A DNA stretch of 64,000 nt from an uncultured delta proteobacterium. Its GTDB lineage: Bacteria > Myxococcota_A > Polyangia > Polyangiales > Polyangiaceae. The stretch is taken from assembly GCA_963716725.1 (NCBI GenBank), contig CAVQUB010000001.1, forward strand, positions 64,001 to 128,000. Direction: 5' to 3'. The translations under genes were made by a program, and so were the position numbers. This document shows positions 19,435 through 29,927 of the stretch, in pieces. Positions within the stretch are counted from its first letter, which is position 1. Each line of letters opens with the position of its first letter. Under the pieces are notes generated by a model. The model saw only the letters and a list, made by a program, of their open reading frames with translations. It was not told the DNA's origin and searched no databases.

Positions 19435-19908
19435 ATGAAACACGCCAAAACCGCCGCAGACTTGATGACGCGCAACGTGGTCGTGGTCTATCCGGAGGAC
19501 AGCCTAAATCAGATCGCCGAAGGCATGGCCCTCTTCGGGTTGCGGCAGATCCCAGTTGTCGATGATGGCGTGCTGGTTGGCGTGGTGGATGAAAGGAGTG
19601 TGATTGGGATGAGGTCGTCGCCAAAGGAAACGCTTCTTTCGAATCTCCTGCGCGGGCTGCGAGCCGAGCGGAGCTTCGTCGCGGAGGTCATGGCTGCCCC
19701 CGCGAGCACCGTGACCACCAGCGCATCGATGAAGGAAGTCATGGAAACCTTCGAGCGCATCGGCGGCAACTCACTGCCGGTTGTGGACGATGTCGGACGC
19801 CTGGTGGGCTTGATCATGCCGGAGCAAGTGGCCCGCTTCGCAGGAAGTCTGATCAAGGAAGCTCCACCCTCCCGGCGCGGCCCCGCCCTTATCCTGCGGG
19901 CAGCGTGA
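19435..19908 (+). CDS. CBS-pair domain protein
   Basis: AADLMTRNVVVVYPED, IPVVDDGVLVGVV, VAEVM, LPVVDDVGRLVGLI. Confidence 0.9.
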   Translation: MKHAKTAADLMTRNVVVVYPEDSLNQIAEGMALFGLRQIPVVDDGVLVGVVDERSVIGMRSSPKETLLSNLLRGLRAERSFVAEVMAAPASTVTTSASMKEVMETFERIGGNSLPVVDDVGRLVGLIMPEQVARFAGSLIKEAPPSRRGPALILRAA

Positions 19909-19922
19909 GCACGTGAGTTCGG

Positions 19923-21260
19923 TCACTCGATTTCGTAGCGTTTGAGCTTTTCGTAGAGCGTCCTGAGCCCGATGCCCAACTGCTCTGCCGCTTTTCGCCG
20001 ATTGCCGTCGACACCAGAGAGCGCGGCTTCGATGGTCGCTCGCTCGACGCCTGCTAGCGTTGTGCCCGCGGCTGGCTCCGAGGCCTGCGAGCGCGTGCGG
20101 CGCCGCCGCACCGGTTCGAGGTCCTCGGCGAGAATTTGGTTAGTCTCGCTCACGATAGCAGCGCGCTCCAGCGCATTGGCCAACTCGCGCACGTTGCCGC
20201 GCCATTCGCCAGCCAGAATGGCCTGCTCAGCGTCTTCACTCAGCTCGAGCGGCGGGCGGCCCAAGCTTGCACAAATCCGACCCAGCAGGCTTCTCGCCAG
20301 AGGCAAGATATCGAGCTTCCGCTCGCGCAGGGGCGGAAGCTCGACGGGGAAGACGGCAATTCTGTGGAACAGGTCGCCGCGGAAGGAGCCGTCTTCCACC
20401 ATCAGATTGAGGTCACGATTGGTCGCGGTGACCCAGCGGACGTCAGCAGCCACAGTGCGCGTGCCACCCACGCGCTCGAACTCGCGTTCCTGAAGTACGC
20501 GCAACAGTTTCGCCTGCAGCGCTGGTTTGAGCTCGCCGACTTCGTCGAGAAAAAAGGTGCCACCCGCGGCGAGCTCTATGCGCCCGCGACGCGCGGCAAC
20601 AGCCCCAGTAAAGGCGCCCTTCTCGTGACCAAAGAACTCGCTTTCGAGCAACTCCTCAGAGAGCGACGCGCAGTTGACTGCAACGAAGGGGCCATCCGCA
20701 CGCCGGCTCCAACGATGAAGAGCGCGAGCGGCCACTTCCTTCCCAGTTCCGCTTTCTCCCATCAACAGCACCGTCGCTTCGGTCGGGGCTACCTTCTTCA
20801 GTGCTTTGACTACGGGCGCCATCGCCTCATCTCCGTAGGTCAATACCGGATCATCACCGCCATCGCGCGTGACGCGCTCCTTGAGCGCAAGAAGGGAGCG
20901 CCGCTCGAGGGCGCGGGCAGCCAATAGTCGGAGCTCGGCCAGGCTCTCGATCGGTTTCTCGAGGAAATCGAAGGCGCCGAGTTTCATCGCTTCAACAGCG
21001 GCGTCGATAGACCCATGTGCCGAGAGCACCACGACCTCGAGATCTGGTTGCAGTGTTCGGGCCCTGCGCAGAAGCTCCAAACCGTCCATGCCGGGCATGC
21101 GCAGATCCGTAAACATCAGGTCGAATGTACGGCGCGCGAGAGCGGCGAGCGCCTGTTCGCCACCCTCAGCGCCGACGGCTTCGTGTTCGTTCCCCCCGAG
21201 CGCTTCCATGACGAACTCGCGAATCCCCTCCTCATCGTCCACGACTAAGATACGCGCCAT
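19923..21260 (-). CDS. sigma54-dependent response regulator (NtrC/AtoC/ZraR family)
   Basis: [16 protein letters not shown] receiver; [29 protein letters not shown]; Fis-type HTH. Confidence 0.97.
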   Translation of the reverse strand: MARILVVDDEEGIREFVMEALGGNEHEAVGAEGGEQALAALARRTFDLMFTDLRMPGMDGLELLRRARTLQPDLEVVVLSAHGSIDAAVEAMKLGAFDFLEKPIESLAELRLLAARALERRSLLALKERVTRDGGDDPVLTYGDEAMAPVVKALKKVAPTEATVLLMGESGTGKEVAARALHRWSRRADGPFVAVNCASLSEELLESEFFGHEKGAFTGAVAARRGRIELAAGGTFFLDEVGELKPALQAKLLRVLQEREFERVGGTRTVAADVRWVTATNRDLNLMVEDGSFRGDLFHRIAVFPVELPPLRERKLDILPLARSLLGRICASLGRPPLELSEDAEQAILAGEWRGNVRELANALERAAIVSETNQILAEDLEPVRRRRTRSQASEPAAGTTLAGVERATIEAALSGVDGNRRKAAEQLGIGLRTLYEKLKRYEIE

Positions 21261-21265
21261 GTCCA

Positions 21266-22549
21266 CTACCTCGGGATTCGTACTCGAAACTCGGCACCGC
21301 CACCGGCGTGGTTGATGGCGCTGATACTACCACCATGCAACTCAACGATGCGGCGCGCCACGGCAAGGCCCAGACCCACGCCCTGCGCGCGCGTCGTCCG
21401 AAACGGCTCGAAGATGTGTTCCCGCTCGCCATCGGGAATTCCGTCACCGTGGTCGCGGACCGACAAGAACAGAATGTTGCCATCGCCCGTGAGCTGGACC
21501 TCGACCTTGGCGCCATCCGGCGAGGCTTCCAGGGCGTTGTCGATCAAATTGCGAAAAACCTGCTGGATACGCGGCGGGTCGAGTGCAAAGGAGCCTGGCG
21601 CCGTGTCGTCGCTGATCTCGATGCGCGTTGGGTCGGTGGATTCCACCGTCTGCCGCAACAACTCGCCTGGGTTGACGTCGCGGCGTTGGATGCTGCCGGA
21701 GCGGATGAAGTCGAGCAGCGTTCGGCTCAAGTCCTCGAGTCGACGCGCCTCGACCACGATGCGATCCGCCTTCCTTCGCTGACGACTGTCTTCCGGGAGC
21801 TGTTCACTGAGCAGCTCCGCGTGCCCCTTCAGCGAAGTCAGAGGGTTTCGAATCTCGTGTGCAAGCACGGCAGACATTTCCCCCAGAAGCTTGAGACGGT
21901 GTTCTCGTTGGCGTTGCTCCTCCTCGAACTCGCGCCGACGGAGCACCCAAGATAGCGCCACCGCCAGCAGCATAAAGACTCCCGCGATTCCCGAACTGAG
22001 CAGGAATGCTGTACTTGCTTCTCGCTCCAAGCGGTTCGCAACCAGGGGCTCGAACTCCAGTACCAGGATGCGTCTCGCGGGCGGCGAACGCGGTTCCGAA
22101 GGCGTCGCGCCCGTGCTCGGCGCAGGCGAGTCCGTGATCGCCGCAACTGCAGTCAGGTGGGCTCGCTCGCCTATGCGACGGAGTTCAAAAGGTCGAGCAC
22201 TGGCGACCGTGACCTTTTCACGCAGGACAGCATCCCCAACCTCCACCACGTGCTCTGCGCCAGACTGGTACACGGCGACATAGCGCAGCCCGGCGTCGTA
22301 GTTCTTCGAAAGCACTTGTTGGGCGACGCCCGGATCCGGTCGAGAACCGCCTTGGGCGACGTGGGTTTCGAACAGCTGTTTGCGAAACAGGTCTGCTTGG
22401 CCGCGGATCAACAGCTCGGAAGCCTCTTCGATGCGGCGCTTGCTGGACCACGCAGTGGCCACGAGCGCGGCCGCTAAACCGAGCGCAACTACGAGCAAGG
22501 ACCAGCGCGCCCAACGTGAACGTTTTGTGCGTGTCGTTTTCTGAAGCAT
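21266..22549 (-). CDS. membrane sensor histidine kinase
   Basis: Two TM helices; [10 protein letters not shown]-box, NLIDNA, DHGDGI, FEPF, GVGLGL. Confidence 0.95.
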   Translation of the reverse strand: MLQKTTRTKRSRWARWSLLVVALGLAAALVATAWSSKRRIEEASELLIRGQADLFRKQLFETHVAQGGSRPDPGVAQQVLSKNYDAGLRYVAVYQSGAEHVVEVGDAVLREKVTVASARPFELRRIGERAHLTAVAAITDSPAPSTGATPSEPRSPPARRILVLEFEPLVANRLEREASTAFLLSSGIAGVFMLLAVALSWVLRRREFEEEQRQREHRLKLLGEMSAVLAHEIRNPLTSLKGHAELLSEQLPEDSRQRRKADRIVVEARRLEDLSRTLLDFIRSGSIQRRDVNPGELLRQTVESTDPTRIEISDDTAPGSFALDPPRIQQVFRNLIDNALEASPDGAKVEVQLTGDGNILFLSVRDHGDGIPDGEREHIFEPFRTTRAQGVGLGLAVARRIVELHGGSISAINHAGGGAEFRVRIPR

Positions 22550-22611
22550 GCGTCACACTCGGACAATAGCGCGCGGGCGCAACTCCGCGTTGGGTTCTTG
22601 GTCAAGACTGT

Positions 22612-22627
22612 TACAAGTGTCGTGCCA
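22612..22627 (-). promoter_or_regulatory. putative sigma54 promoter of the two-component operon
   Basis: Minus strand TGGCACGACACTTGTA: perfect -24 element, TTGT at -12. Confidence 0.6.
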
Positions 22628-22824
22628 ACGTTCGGGGCTCCTCACCCGCATGATGCCGGTATTGCCGTCTCGTGCCCGATCTGGGCTTGACAGCAGACCG
22701 ATGTGACCGCCTTGGGTGCCGTCGCGCCCGCGTGTGGCTCTGTTGCTTGCGCGCTGCCCGCGCTTGGACACACGGGCAAGGCCGACACCGCACACCCCAG
22801 CCAGCTGGTGGTTCCGGCGTGCAC

Positions 22825-22858
22825 TGCCGATGTGGCAGTTCCGGGTGCGGGTTCCGCA
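22825..22858. promoter_or_regulatory. tandem palindromic enhancer (putative EBP binding sites)
   Basis: TGCCGATGTGGCA (22825) and TGCGGGTTCCGCA (22846), 21 bp apart; same motif as at 19278. Confidence 0.65.
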
Positions 22859-22922
22859 TGATGCGCGCGACAGTCTGTCGGATGGCCGTCCAGTTTGTCG
22901 GCACTTATGGCCCAAAGCCACG

Positions 22923-22938
22923 TGGTACGCCGGGTGCA
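22923..22938 (+). promoter_or_regulatory. putative sigma54 promoter (small lipoprotein-kinase operon)
   Basis: TGGTACGCCGGGTGCA, GG-N10-GC. Confidence 0.55.
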
Positions 22939-22951
22939 AGGTGCAAGGTGC

Positions 22952-23191
22952 ATGATCCTTTGCAGCAAAGCAGCACGAGCCTGTTCGATCTGGATCGCGC
23001 CGCTTGCGCTTGCATTTGCGGTCACGACCGCCTGCGCGAACGACGCGACTTCCAGCGGCGACCAACGTTGCGACGCGACGCAGAACTGTGGTGCGGGCGA
23101 TGACGACGGCGAGCCCGAGCTATCCTGGCAAGAGCTCAACGAGCTGCTGGACAAGCTGGAAAAGCAGATTGAGGACCCGAGCGATGAATAG
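22952..23191 (+). CDS. small putative lipoprotein
   Basis: LALAFAVTTAC lipobox-like; acidic amphipathic C-terminal helix. Confidence 0.55.
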   Translation: MILCSKAARACSIWIAPLALAFAVTTACANDATSSGDQRCDATQNCGAGDDDGEPELSWQELNELLDKLEKQIEDPSDE

Positions 23192-24299
23192 ACCGCCGGA
23201 GGCCGTTTCAAGTATCGCGAGGACTGATGCCCCAAGCAACTTGAGCACACCGACGACCCAAGGGCCCGTCAAGGACGTCGTGCTGCAGGAAGCGACCACT
23301 CGCCCGACCGTCTCGCCCGCTGGACGGGAACCGGCGCGGGCACTCCGACGGGAGCGCATCATGCAGGGAGTTCACGAATCAACGACGCCGGCGACCCCGG
23401 AACTGACCGAGGCGGAAGAACCGCTCATCGGCAGAGTGGTCAGCGGCCGCTATCGGGTGCTCGAGCGCATTGGTCGCGGTGGCATGGGCGTCGTGTACAG
23501 GGTGGAACACGTGGAGTTGGGCAAAGTTCTGGCGATGAAGGTTCTTTCGGGCGCCGCCGGCCGCGACCCGACCGTCGCCGCACGTTTCCAGCGAGAGGCC
23601 CGGCTGGTGAGCAAGCTGTTCGATCCTCATACGGTTCAAGTCTCCGACTACGGAGTATCCGACGGCGTGACGTGGATAGTGATGCAGCTGATTTCCGGCA
23701 AGGACTTGTCCCGCGTGCTTGCCGAGGAGGGCAGGCTCCGCGCCTCGCGCGTGGCAATGATCGTCGACGGTGTGTGCCGCTCCCTCAGCGAGGCGCACGC
23801 TTTGGGGATCGTGCATCGCGACATCAAGCCGAGCAACATCATGTTGACCGACGCAGGCGGGGTGATGGTGCTGGACTTTGGCCTGGCCAAGATGCGGGAT
23901 TGCCATGACCTGATCACGCTCTCGGCAGCCGGAGTTGTAGTCGGCACACCCGGCTACATGTCTCCGGATCAAGCGATGGGTGACGACATGGACGGTCGTG
24001 CCGACATCTACGGCATCGGCGCCACAATGTTCCGCATGCTCGTCGGTTACCCGCCGTTCAGCGGAGGCTCGCCCGCAGAGCTTTGCGTTCGGCAGCTTTG
24101 TGAACCACCCCCCTGTCCACATCGCGCAGCTCCCGAGCTCGGCATCCCGCCAGCGCTGTCGGAAGTCGTTAGGCACGCTTTGGAGCCAAAGCGCGAGCGC
24201 CGCTACGCCAACGCAGAAGAACTGCGCGCGGCCGTGCACGCCGCCGTCTACGATCCCGAGGACAGCGTGGTGTTCCCCTTGGTGCGCCGCACGGGCTGA
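23184..24299 (+). CDS. soluble Hanks-type Ser/Thr protein kinase
   Basis: IGRGGMGVVY, AMKVL, HRDIKPSN, DFG, GTPGYMSP; no TM or C-terminal extension; start may be 23361. Confidence 0.92.
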   Translation: MNRPPEAVSSIARTDAPSNLSTPTTQGPVKDVVLQEATTRPTVSPAGREPARALRRERIMQGVHESTTPATPELTEAEEPLIGRVVSGRYRVLERIGRGGMGVVYRVEHVELGKVLAMKVLSGAAGRDPTVAARFQREARLVSKLFDPHTVQVSDYGVSDGVTWIVMQLISGKDLSRVLAEEGRLRASRVAMIVDGVCRSLSEAHALGIVHRDIKPSNIMLTDAGGVMVLDFGLAKMRDCHDLITLSAAGVVVGTPGYMSPDQAMGDDMDGRADIYGIGATMFRMLVGYPPFSGGSPAELCVRQLCEPPPCPHRAAPELGIPPALSEVVRHALEPKRERRYANAEELRAAVHAAVYDPEDSVVFPLVRRTG

Positions 24300-24683
24300 C
24301 CCCGCGACCGCAGCCTCCCCATGTGCCAGCGTCGGATGAGAGAGCTCCCCCTCGAAACCCAAGTACCGATGGGCGGAGAATGGATCGCATGTCGCGCCGA
24401 ACACCGCGTGCGCCAGGACACGCTCGACGCGCGGCAAGCGCTGCACCCCGGTCGCTTTGCGGTGTGTCGTCGAGTGCGTTGCGTTGTTGCTGAGCAGGGC
24501 CTGAGCACGCGCAGATCCGCGCCACTGTCGTTCGTGAGCCCAAGCAAGATGACGGCGACGTCGCGCTGCGCGTCGACGCCAACCCGCCAATCGAGGCCGA
24601 CGCCCGAGTCCGTGCAGCACCAGTGATAGCCCTCGGACGTCGACGCAGCGTCGAGTCCCGAGCTCGGCAACGGCGATGGTGGG

Positions 24684-25226
24684 TTGTCCGAGCTGCCGGC
24701 TCCATTCGCCAAGCTTGGGAGCGCCTGCACACCCAGCGACGCAGGCGCCAGACCCACCGAGCTCTGCGGCGCCTCCGGTCACGTCGTCGGGCTCGAGGCG
24801 ATGGTCGACACCGTCGATGGCGTACCGCCTGCGGGCGCCCAGGTGATTCGCGTCGAGCCGGAGCGCGCAACGAACCCGGGGCGCTCGCTGGTCGTGGCCC
24901 TCGAAGGCGACCGGCTCTGGTTTCGCCTGGTCTCGTGTGGAGCCTGCCGTCGCATCATGGGCCGGGCCTTCGTTGCCGAGCTCTCGAAGCTCTCCGACGC
25001 CCAGCTGAAAGACATCCAGCTGCGCGTTGGGCTACCCGCGGACGTTCGCCCGCTGCACACGCCGGATGCGTGGCGTGCGGCGTACCGTGATCGACCGCTG
25101 CCCCCGCTACCAGACGCCTCGACGCCCCTCGGCAAGCCCCTCTCGGCGCCCCCGGGCGTCCCCGGCGAGTGCATGAATCGCCCGCCGAACGAGCCTTTGC
25201 CCGCGACGTGTCGCAAGCTGAAGTGA
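24684..25226 (+). CDS. hypothetical protein (5' end probably degraded)
   Basis: Coding-like composition with a CGAC motif; in-frame TGA-TAG upstream and no clear start. Confidence 0.45.
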   Translation: MSELPAPFAKLGSACTPSDAGARPTELCGASGHVVGLEAMVDTVDGVPPAGAQVIRVEPERATNPGRSLVVALEGDRLWFRLVSCGACRRIMGRAFVAELSKLSDAQLKDIQLRVGLPADVRPLHTPDAWRAAYRDRPLPPLPDASTPLGKPLSAPPGVPGECMNRPPNEPLPATCRKLK

Positions 25227-25314
25227 GCGGTCGGTCAACACTGGCGGCGGGTCCGGGCGGAACGTGCCTCGACAACCTGTGACGGCTAGCGGCCCCGCTG
25301 CCAAGGTGGCCGGG

Positions 25315-26514
25315 CTACAGCGAACACGTGAGCTCCATGGCTTGCGCGTCGCAAGGGGTGGAGAGCGTGAACTTCTTGCCGATGTTCTTGCCGCCGGTGC
25401 ACTCGCAGCTCTTGCCCCCAGCCTCGCATTTCGCTCCCCAATCGCCGCATCCCTCCCAGCAACTCCCGTCCCCGCTGCCGCCGCTGGTGCAAGCGATGAA
25501 GTCGCAGGAGTCCAAGATGGCCTCGCAAGTTGGGTCCATCACGGGGCTGCCCGTCGAGTCGCACTTGATGCCCTTGGCGAGATCGCACTCCATCTGCTTC
25601 CAGTGAGACTCACCGCAGCGAGAGAACGATGACATCTGCCGCATGCTGAGCTCACAATTGTCTTGGGTGAGCCCGAGCTTGCACGCAGCGATGGCCGCCT
25701 TGCAGTACTCGCGCACGACGTCGGTACCCGACGAGGAGCCGCCGCAGGCCGCCGGGCACGGGGTCGCGAGGCACGCCTGGAAGGCGTCCGCCGCCTTCCC
25801 CGCATCGGGGAACGCTGCCTTGCAGATCGCCAAGCAGTTCGAGACTGAGCATTCTTCGATACAATCCGCGAATCCGAGGCCATCCTTGGCCTGAACCATG
25901 GCCTTGCCCTCGGCGCAGCAGTTCTCTTTTCCGCAGTAGCTGCACAAGCTCTCGTTGCCTGTCTTGAGGCAAGTGGTGCACGTCAGAAGCGCCTTCCGCT
26001 CGGGATCACAACCGGACAACGCCAGTTGAAAGGCGGGGCACGACCAGCAGCCCGCCTTCGCCGCGCACTCGGTCACGGCCAGTGCTTCCTTCGCACAGGT
26101 CGGGTGCTGCGCCAGGGACTTCTCGCAGCGAAGCTTGCAGAGCGCGGGGTCGACTGCGTCGCAGAGCCCGTCCGTGACCGCGGCGCTCTTGGAGCACGAC
26201 TGCTCGCAGATCGTGCCCGTGCCAGGAGCGGGGCCGCACACGCCCCCGTCGCTACCGCCGGTTCCACCCGCGCCAGAGGCCCCACCGGTCGCGCCGGAAC
26301 CGCCCGCACCGGCCGCGGCGTCCATGCCAGCGGCGCCCCCCAGCGCTCCGCCGAGCCCGCCCGATCCGCCGGATCCACCCGATCCACTCGATCCACCCGA
26401 TCCACCCGGGGACGGGCTCCCCCCGTCGTCATCGCTCGAAGAGCATGCGAACGCGAGGGCTATCGCCACTAGCGCGGGCCCAAGCGCCGCGGGCAGAACA
26501 CGTTGAGCCAGCAT
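25315..26514 (-). CDS. Cys-rich lipoprotein with Gly-rich linker
   Basis: IALAFAC lipobox, GGSGG linker, then many CxxxC repeats. Confidence 0.85.
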   Translation of the reverse strand: MLAQRVLPAALGPALVAIALAFACSSSDDDGGSPSPGGSGGSSGSGGSGGSGGLGGALGGAAGMDAAAGAGGSGATGGASGAGGTGGSDGGVCGPAPGTGTICEQSCSKSAAVTDGLCDAVDPALCKLRCEKSLAQHPTCAKEALAVTECAAKAGCWSCPAFQLALSGCDPERKALLTCTTCLKTGNESLCSYCGKENCCAEGKAMVQAKDGLGFADCIEECSVSNCLAICKAAFPDAGKAADAFQACLATPCPAACGGSSSGTDVVREYCKAAIAACKLGLTQDNCELSMRQMSSFSRCGESHWKQMECDLAKGIKCDSTGSPVMDPTCEAILDSCDFIACTSGGSGDGSCWEGCGDWGAKCEAGGKSCECTGGKNIGKKFTLSTPCDAQAMELTCSL

Positions 26515-26679
26515 CCCGTCGAGGATTTGATACGCGCGCCCGGGCAGAGAGCTTCCCCGATCACCGGGTTCGGCCCGCCGGTGACCATCAACCTGCAGAC
26601 CCCGCCGAACAGGGTGCTGTTGACCTCGCAGCGTGAGTTCTGCGTCTCCTCGTCAGGCGTCGTGAATGGCGCCGACTTG

Positions 26680-26830
26680 CGAGGGCCTGGTGCGTTCGAG
26701 CCGCGTGGTAGTAGCTGAGAAATTCATCAAGCGTCTGTCGCAGGTGGGCCTCGTTCCAGACGATCACGTGGTCGAGACAGTCGCGACGAACCGTCCCGAT
26801 CCAGCGCTCGCAGTATGGAGTTTGCCGGTC
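26680..26830 (-). pseudogene. integrase-core (rve) transposase C-terminal fragment
   Basis: QTPYCERWIGTVRRDCLDHVIVWNEAHLRQTLDEFLSYYHAARTHQAL. Confidence 0.85.
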
Positions 26831-26933
26831 CCCGTGCCACGCGCACCCCCCCCCCCTCGGGTCGACCACGAGCATCACCGTGGATGCGCAGGTCCGATTG
26901 GCTGACGGGCGCAGGCGAGGTATCTTGCGTGGG

Positions 26934-27137
26934 GTGACGGACCTGGCACAGCGACTCGAAGACGCGCTCGAACTCGCGGAGCTGGCGGAAGAGATCGTCG
27001 AGCTGCGATTTCGGCGGCAATACCCAGACGCCGACGCGGCCAAGGTGGAGCGCTTGCTGCTCGCGTGGCCCCGCGAGCGACCGGGTGCGCCGCATGGTGA
27101 TGCCTTCGGGCGCCCGGTGACGTTGCCCCGATCATGA
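26934..27137 (+). CDS. menA1: MenA1-like small antitoxin
   Basis: RLEDALELAELAEEIVELRFRRQYPDAD...AWPRERPGAPHGD resembles M. tuberculosis Rv0078B as recalled; ATGA-coupled to a MenT1-like start. Confidence 0.7.
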   Translation: MTDLAQRLEDALELAELAEEIVELRFRRQYPDADAAKVERLLLAWPRERPGAPHGDAFGRPVTLPRS

Positions 27138-27253
27138 AATCCTTGCGAGCCACGCTGCGCAGGGCTGAACGGGATCTGCGCGAGTTGGGGCAGCGTTTCG
27201 CTCTCGCGGGCGGCTTCGCCGTGTCGGTCCGCGCGGAGCCTGATGGCGCGTAG
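27134..27253 (+). pseudogene. menT1: MenT1-like nucleotidyltransferase toxin, truncated after about 36 aa
   Basis: MKSLRATLRRAERDLRELGQRFALAGGFAVSVRAEP, then an unrelated DGA and TAG just before the expected RxTxDxD motif. Confidence 0.75.
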
Positions 27254-27296
27254 GCTGGGAGCCGGCGGGATCGGTCGTTCGATTCTCGCGAGCGCG

Positions 27297-29450
27297 ATGC
27301 AGCAACGCTCAGCCAGCTCGACCGCGCCGCGCCTCGTGCTCCGCCAGAGCGCGGCGCTCTGCGCCCTCGCGATGCTGATGTCCGGCGCGTGCCAACCCGG
27401 GCCTTCCCATGAGCCTCGGTCTGGCGCCGAGGCTCCCGTCCGAGAGCCCCGGGCCAAGAGCTGTCTCCCGGCACCGACCATGAGCTGTCCGCGCGACGCC
27501 CAGCGCGTGCGCGATCGGCCTACTCCCGCCTGGCCGTCGGCGTCGGATGTCTTCATCTTTCGGCAGCGCCCACCCTGGGCTGCGCCGACCTCGGACGCCG
27601 AGCTCGCGAAGCTCGTCCATCGCGACGAGCTGGCTCCGATCCTGGACGCGACTCGACGCGGCCTGCTCGAAACGGCCGACCGCGCCTACCGTGAGGCGCG
27701 AGGGGAACCGCGGCGGTGGAGCAACGCGCGAGCGGCCTACGCGCGGTTCGTCGCGGCGTCGACAGCCGGCGGTCCGCTGCGAGCGTACGCAGAGTACCGA
27801 CTCGCACAGACTCTGTGGAACTCGGGCAAGCACGCCGAAGCCATGGCCGCGCTCGCGCAGCTCTCGAAGCACGCCGTTGCCACGTCCTCCGAGCCCGGCG
27901 CCGCGGAGCTGATGGGTTTGGCAGAGCAAGATCGGGTCGTACTCCACGCCGAGGCCAGCGATGCCCCGACCGCGTACCGCGCGCTCTCGGGTCGCGCGCT
28001 GGACGCGCTGGGTCAGGCCTACTTGGATCGCGGTCGCTTCGGCGAAGCAGAGCGGCTGTACGAGCTGGTCTTGGCGGACGCGCCGGGGGAGCGGCGCTGC
28101 GAAATCCAGGCCCGACTCACCGAAGTGAAGATGGTCGTCGGAGCGCACTCGGCGTCGGCGCTGAAAGAAGCGGCGAGCGCGCAAATCAACGGGTACCGAG
28201 CCTTCCGGCAGGGTGCAGCATCGACGGCGGCCAAGCGGCAGTGCGCGCGCGTCACCGTCGGACAGCTCACGGAGCTGGCCGCCGCTTCTCAGGTGGAGGT
28301 CGTCGGGTCCGACGGCGTGAAAGGGACCGGTGATCGCCGCACCGCCGAGCTCGCTCGCACGCTCCAGCGCTGGCTCGGTGACGACTTCGAAGCGCGGGAG
28401 CTTGATGAACTCACGCCGCTGCCGAGCACCGAGCCGCCCCTGTCCTCGAGGCTCCGACTGGCTCGGGCGGACCTGCTCGCCTTTCTCCAAGAGTGGGAAG
28501 AGTGCGGCCCTCTGTACGACCGTGAGGCGGAGCTCGCGACCGGAGCGAGTGGGGTGTCGCGGGCCGCGCTCGGCGCTGCGCATTGCTACGCCGGGCTTGC
28601 CCATCAGGAGCGCCGTCATCGCGAGCCGGCGAAGAGCGGCGATGCGATCGAAGCGCTGACGTCCGCCGATCAGAGGTTGCTCGCGAGCACGTCGCGCTAT
28701 CTGTGCAGCACCGACCCGACGGACGCCGATCCCCTGGCGCGCTCCCGTCGGATCTTCGCGGAGCTCGCTCGGGCTCGGGTCTACTACGAGCGCCGCCAGC
28801 TCGGGCAAGCCGTCGTCGAGCTCGGCGATGCGGCCCTCGCAGGTCCCGGGTGGGATGACTCGACCCGCGCTGCCCAACTCGAGCTCGAGGCCCTCGCTGC
28901 GCTCCGCTCCAACGAGCTTCCCGATCCGTGCCGGCAGGAGCTGGACCGAATGCGCCCGCGCCTGCTCCAGCTTCACTGCTCGGGTGAACCGCGTGCTGCC
29001 GACTCCGCGTGCGAGAAGCTGCGCGCCGTAGGGGCCGCGCGCTTGGGTGGCCCCCGCGAAGGCGCGCGACGGGCCGTGCCGAGACCACCGACCTTGGACT
29101 ACACCTCGGTGAGCGGCTCGACGCTCCCCGCGACGACGCTCCGCATCGTTCGCCTGCACGCGGGCCAGCTCGACGCCTGTTACCAGGGCGCCTTGCGCCG
29201 GAACGAAGGGCTCGCCGGACAGATCGAAATCGACCTGGAGATCGGTCGCGACGGCAACGTCCGAAACGCTCGGGCACAGCCGTCGCCCTTGGGCGACCGC
29301 GCGCTGATCGCCTGCGTCGTGGGAGTGTTCTCCAGCATGAAATTCCACCAGCCCGAAGGCGGCGTGCCCCACGTCCGGTACGCGCTGGACCTCGGCCCTG
29401 CGCACGGAGTCACTGCTCCGACGCAAATCGACTTCCACATCGGAGAGTGA
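27297..29450 (+). CDS. TPR-rich lipoprotein with C-terminal AgmX/PglI (TonB-C-like) domain
   Basis: LMSGAC lipobox; TPR-like helices (LGQAYLDRGRFGEAERLY); C-term IVRLHAGQLDACYQGALRRNEGLAGQI...CVVGVFSSMKFHQPEGG. Confidence 0.8.
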   Translation: MQQRSASSTAPRLVLRQSAALCALAMLMSGACQPGPSHEPRSGAEAPVREPRAKSCLPAPTMSCPRDAQRVRDRPTPAWPSASDVFIFRQRPPWAAPTSDAELAKLVHRDELAPILDATRRGLLETADRAYREARGEPRRWSNARAAYARFVAASTAGGPLRAYAEYRLAQTLWNSGKHAEAMAALAQLSKHAVATSSEPGAAELMGLAEQDRVVLHAEASDAPTAYRALSGRALDALGQAYLDRGRFGEAERLYELVLADAPGERRCEIQARLTEVKMVVGAHSASALKEAASAQINGYRAFRQGAASTAAKRQCARVTVGQLTELAAASQVEVVGSDGVKGTGDRRTAELARTLQRWLGDDFEARELDELTPLPSTEPPLSSRLRLARADLLAFLQEWEECGPLYDREAELATGASGVSRAALGAAHCYAGLAHQERRHREPAKSGDAIEALTSADQRLLASTSRYLCSTDPTDADPLARSRRIFAELARARVYYERRQLGQAVVELGDAALAGPGWDDSTRAAQLELEALAALRSNELPDPCRQELDRMRPRLLQLHCSGEPRAADSACEKLRAVGAARLGGPREGARRAVPRPPTLDYTSVSGSTLPATTLRIVRLHAGQLDACYQGALRRNEGLAGQIEIDLEIGRDGNVRNARAQPSPLGDRALIACVVGVFSSMKFHQPEGGVPHVRYALDLGPAHGVTAPTQIDFHIGE

Positions 29451-29927
29451 CTCGCAGGCACGGACGTTCGAGCGTCGCAAGCCCGATGGCATCCACGCGA
29501 TCGGAGTCGATGAACTGGGCTGCTCGTGCGGCTGATCGCCAGGGCAGAACGATGGACGAGACGGCCTGTCGGGAGGGCGGTGGATCGCCGTTCCTCGCCG
29601 GTGTGGCGGAGAGAGACGATGTGTACACGAGCCATCCGATCCCGGCCGACGTCACCGCGGAGCTTCGCGCGCATGGCGCAGTCTACGGGGCGGACCAAAC
29701 GGGCATCGCACGCCGTTGGCTCGAGCTGGAGGCCGGAGGTGGTGCTGCTCCGAACGCAGGCGCGGCGCCGACGCACGGCGCTGTGGCTTGCCGACGACCT
29801 CGGCCTACAGCGCCTTTCGTTGAGATGGATCACTTTGTCGCGTAGCCCAGCTGCGGCGCCGAACCTTCTGGAGCTGACGCTGTGCAACTGCGCTCGCCAG
29901 AATTCCCGCGCGAAAGCAGCGTACGCT

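Noticed and set aside
24624..24629. Read-through joining ORFs 24321 and 24684
   Set aside because: TGA is followed immediately by TAG and there is no redox motif.
27309..29492. Long antisense or alternate-frame ORFs (also 11517-13478, 2352-4019, 29526-31364, 23379-24782)
   Set aside because: Shadow ORFs typical of high-GC DNA overlapping well-supported genes.
29486..29845. Hypothetical CDS after the TPR/AgmX gene
   Set aside because: No recognisable motif or RBS; it probably runs into the IS end.
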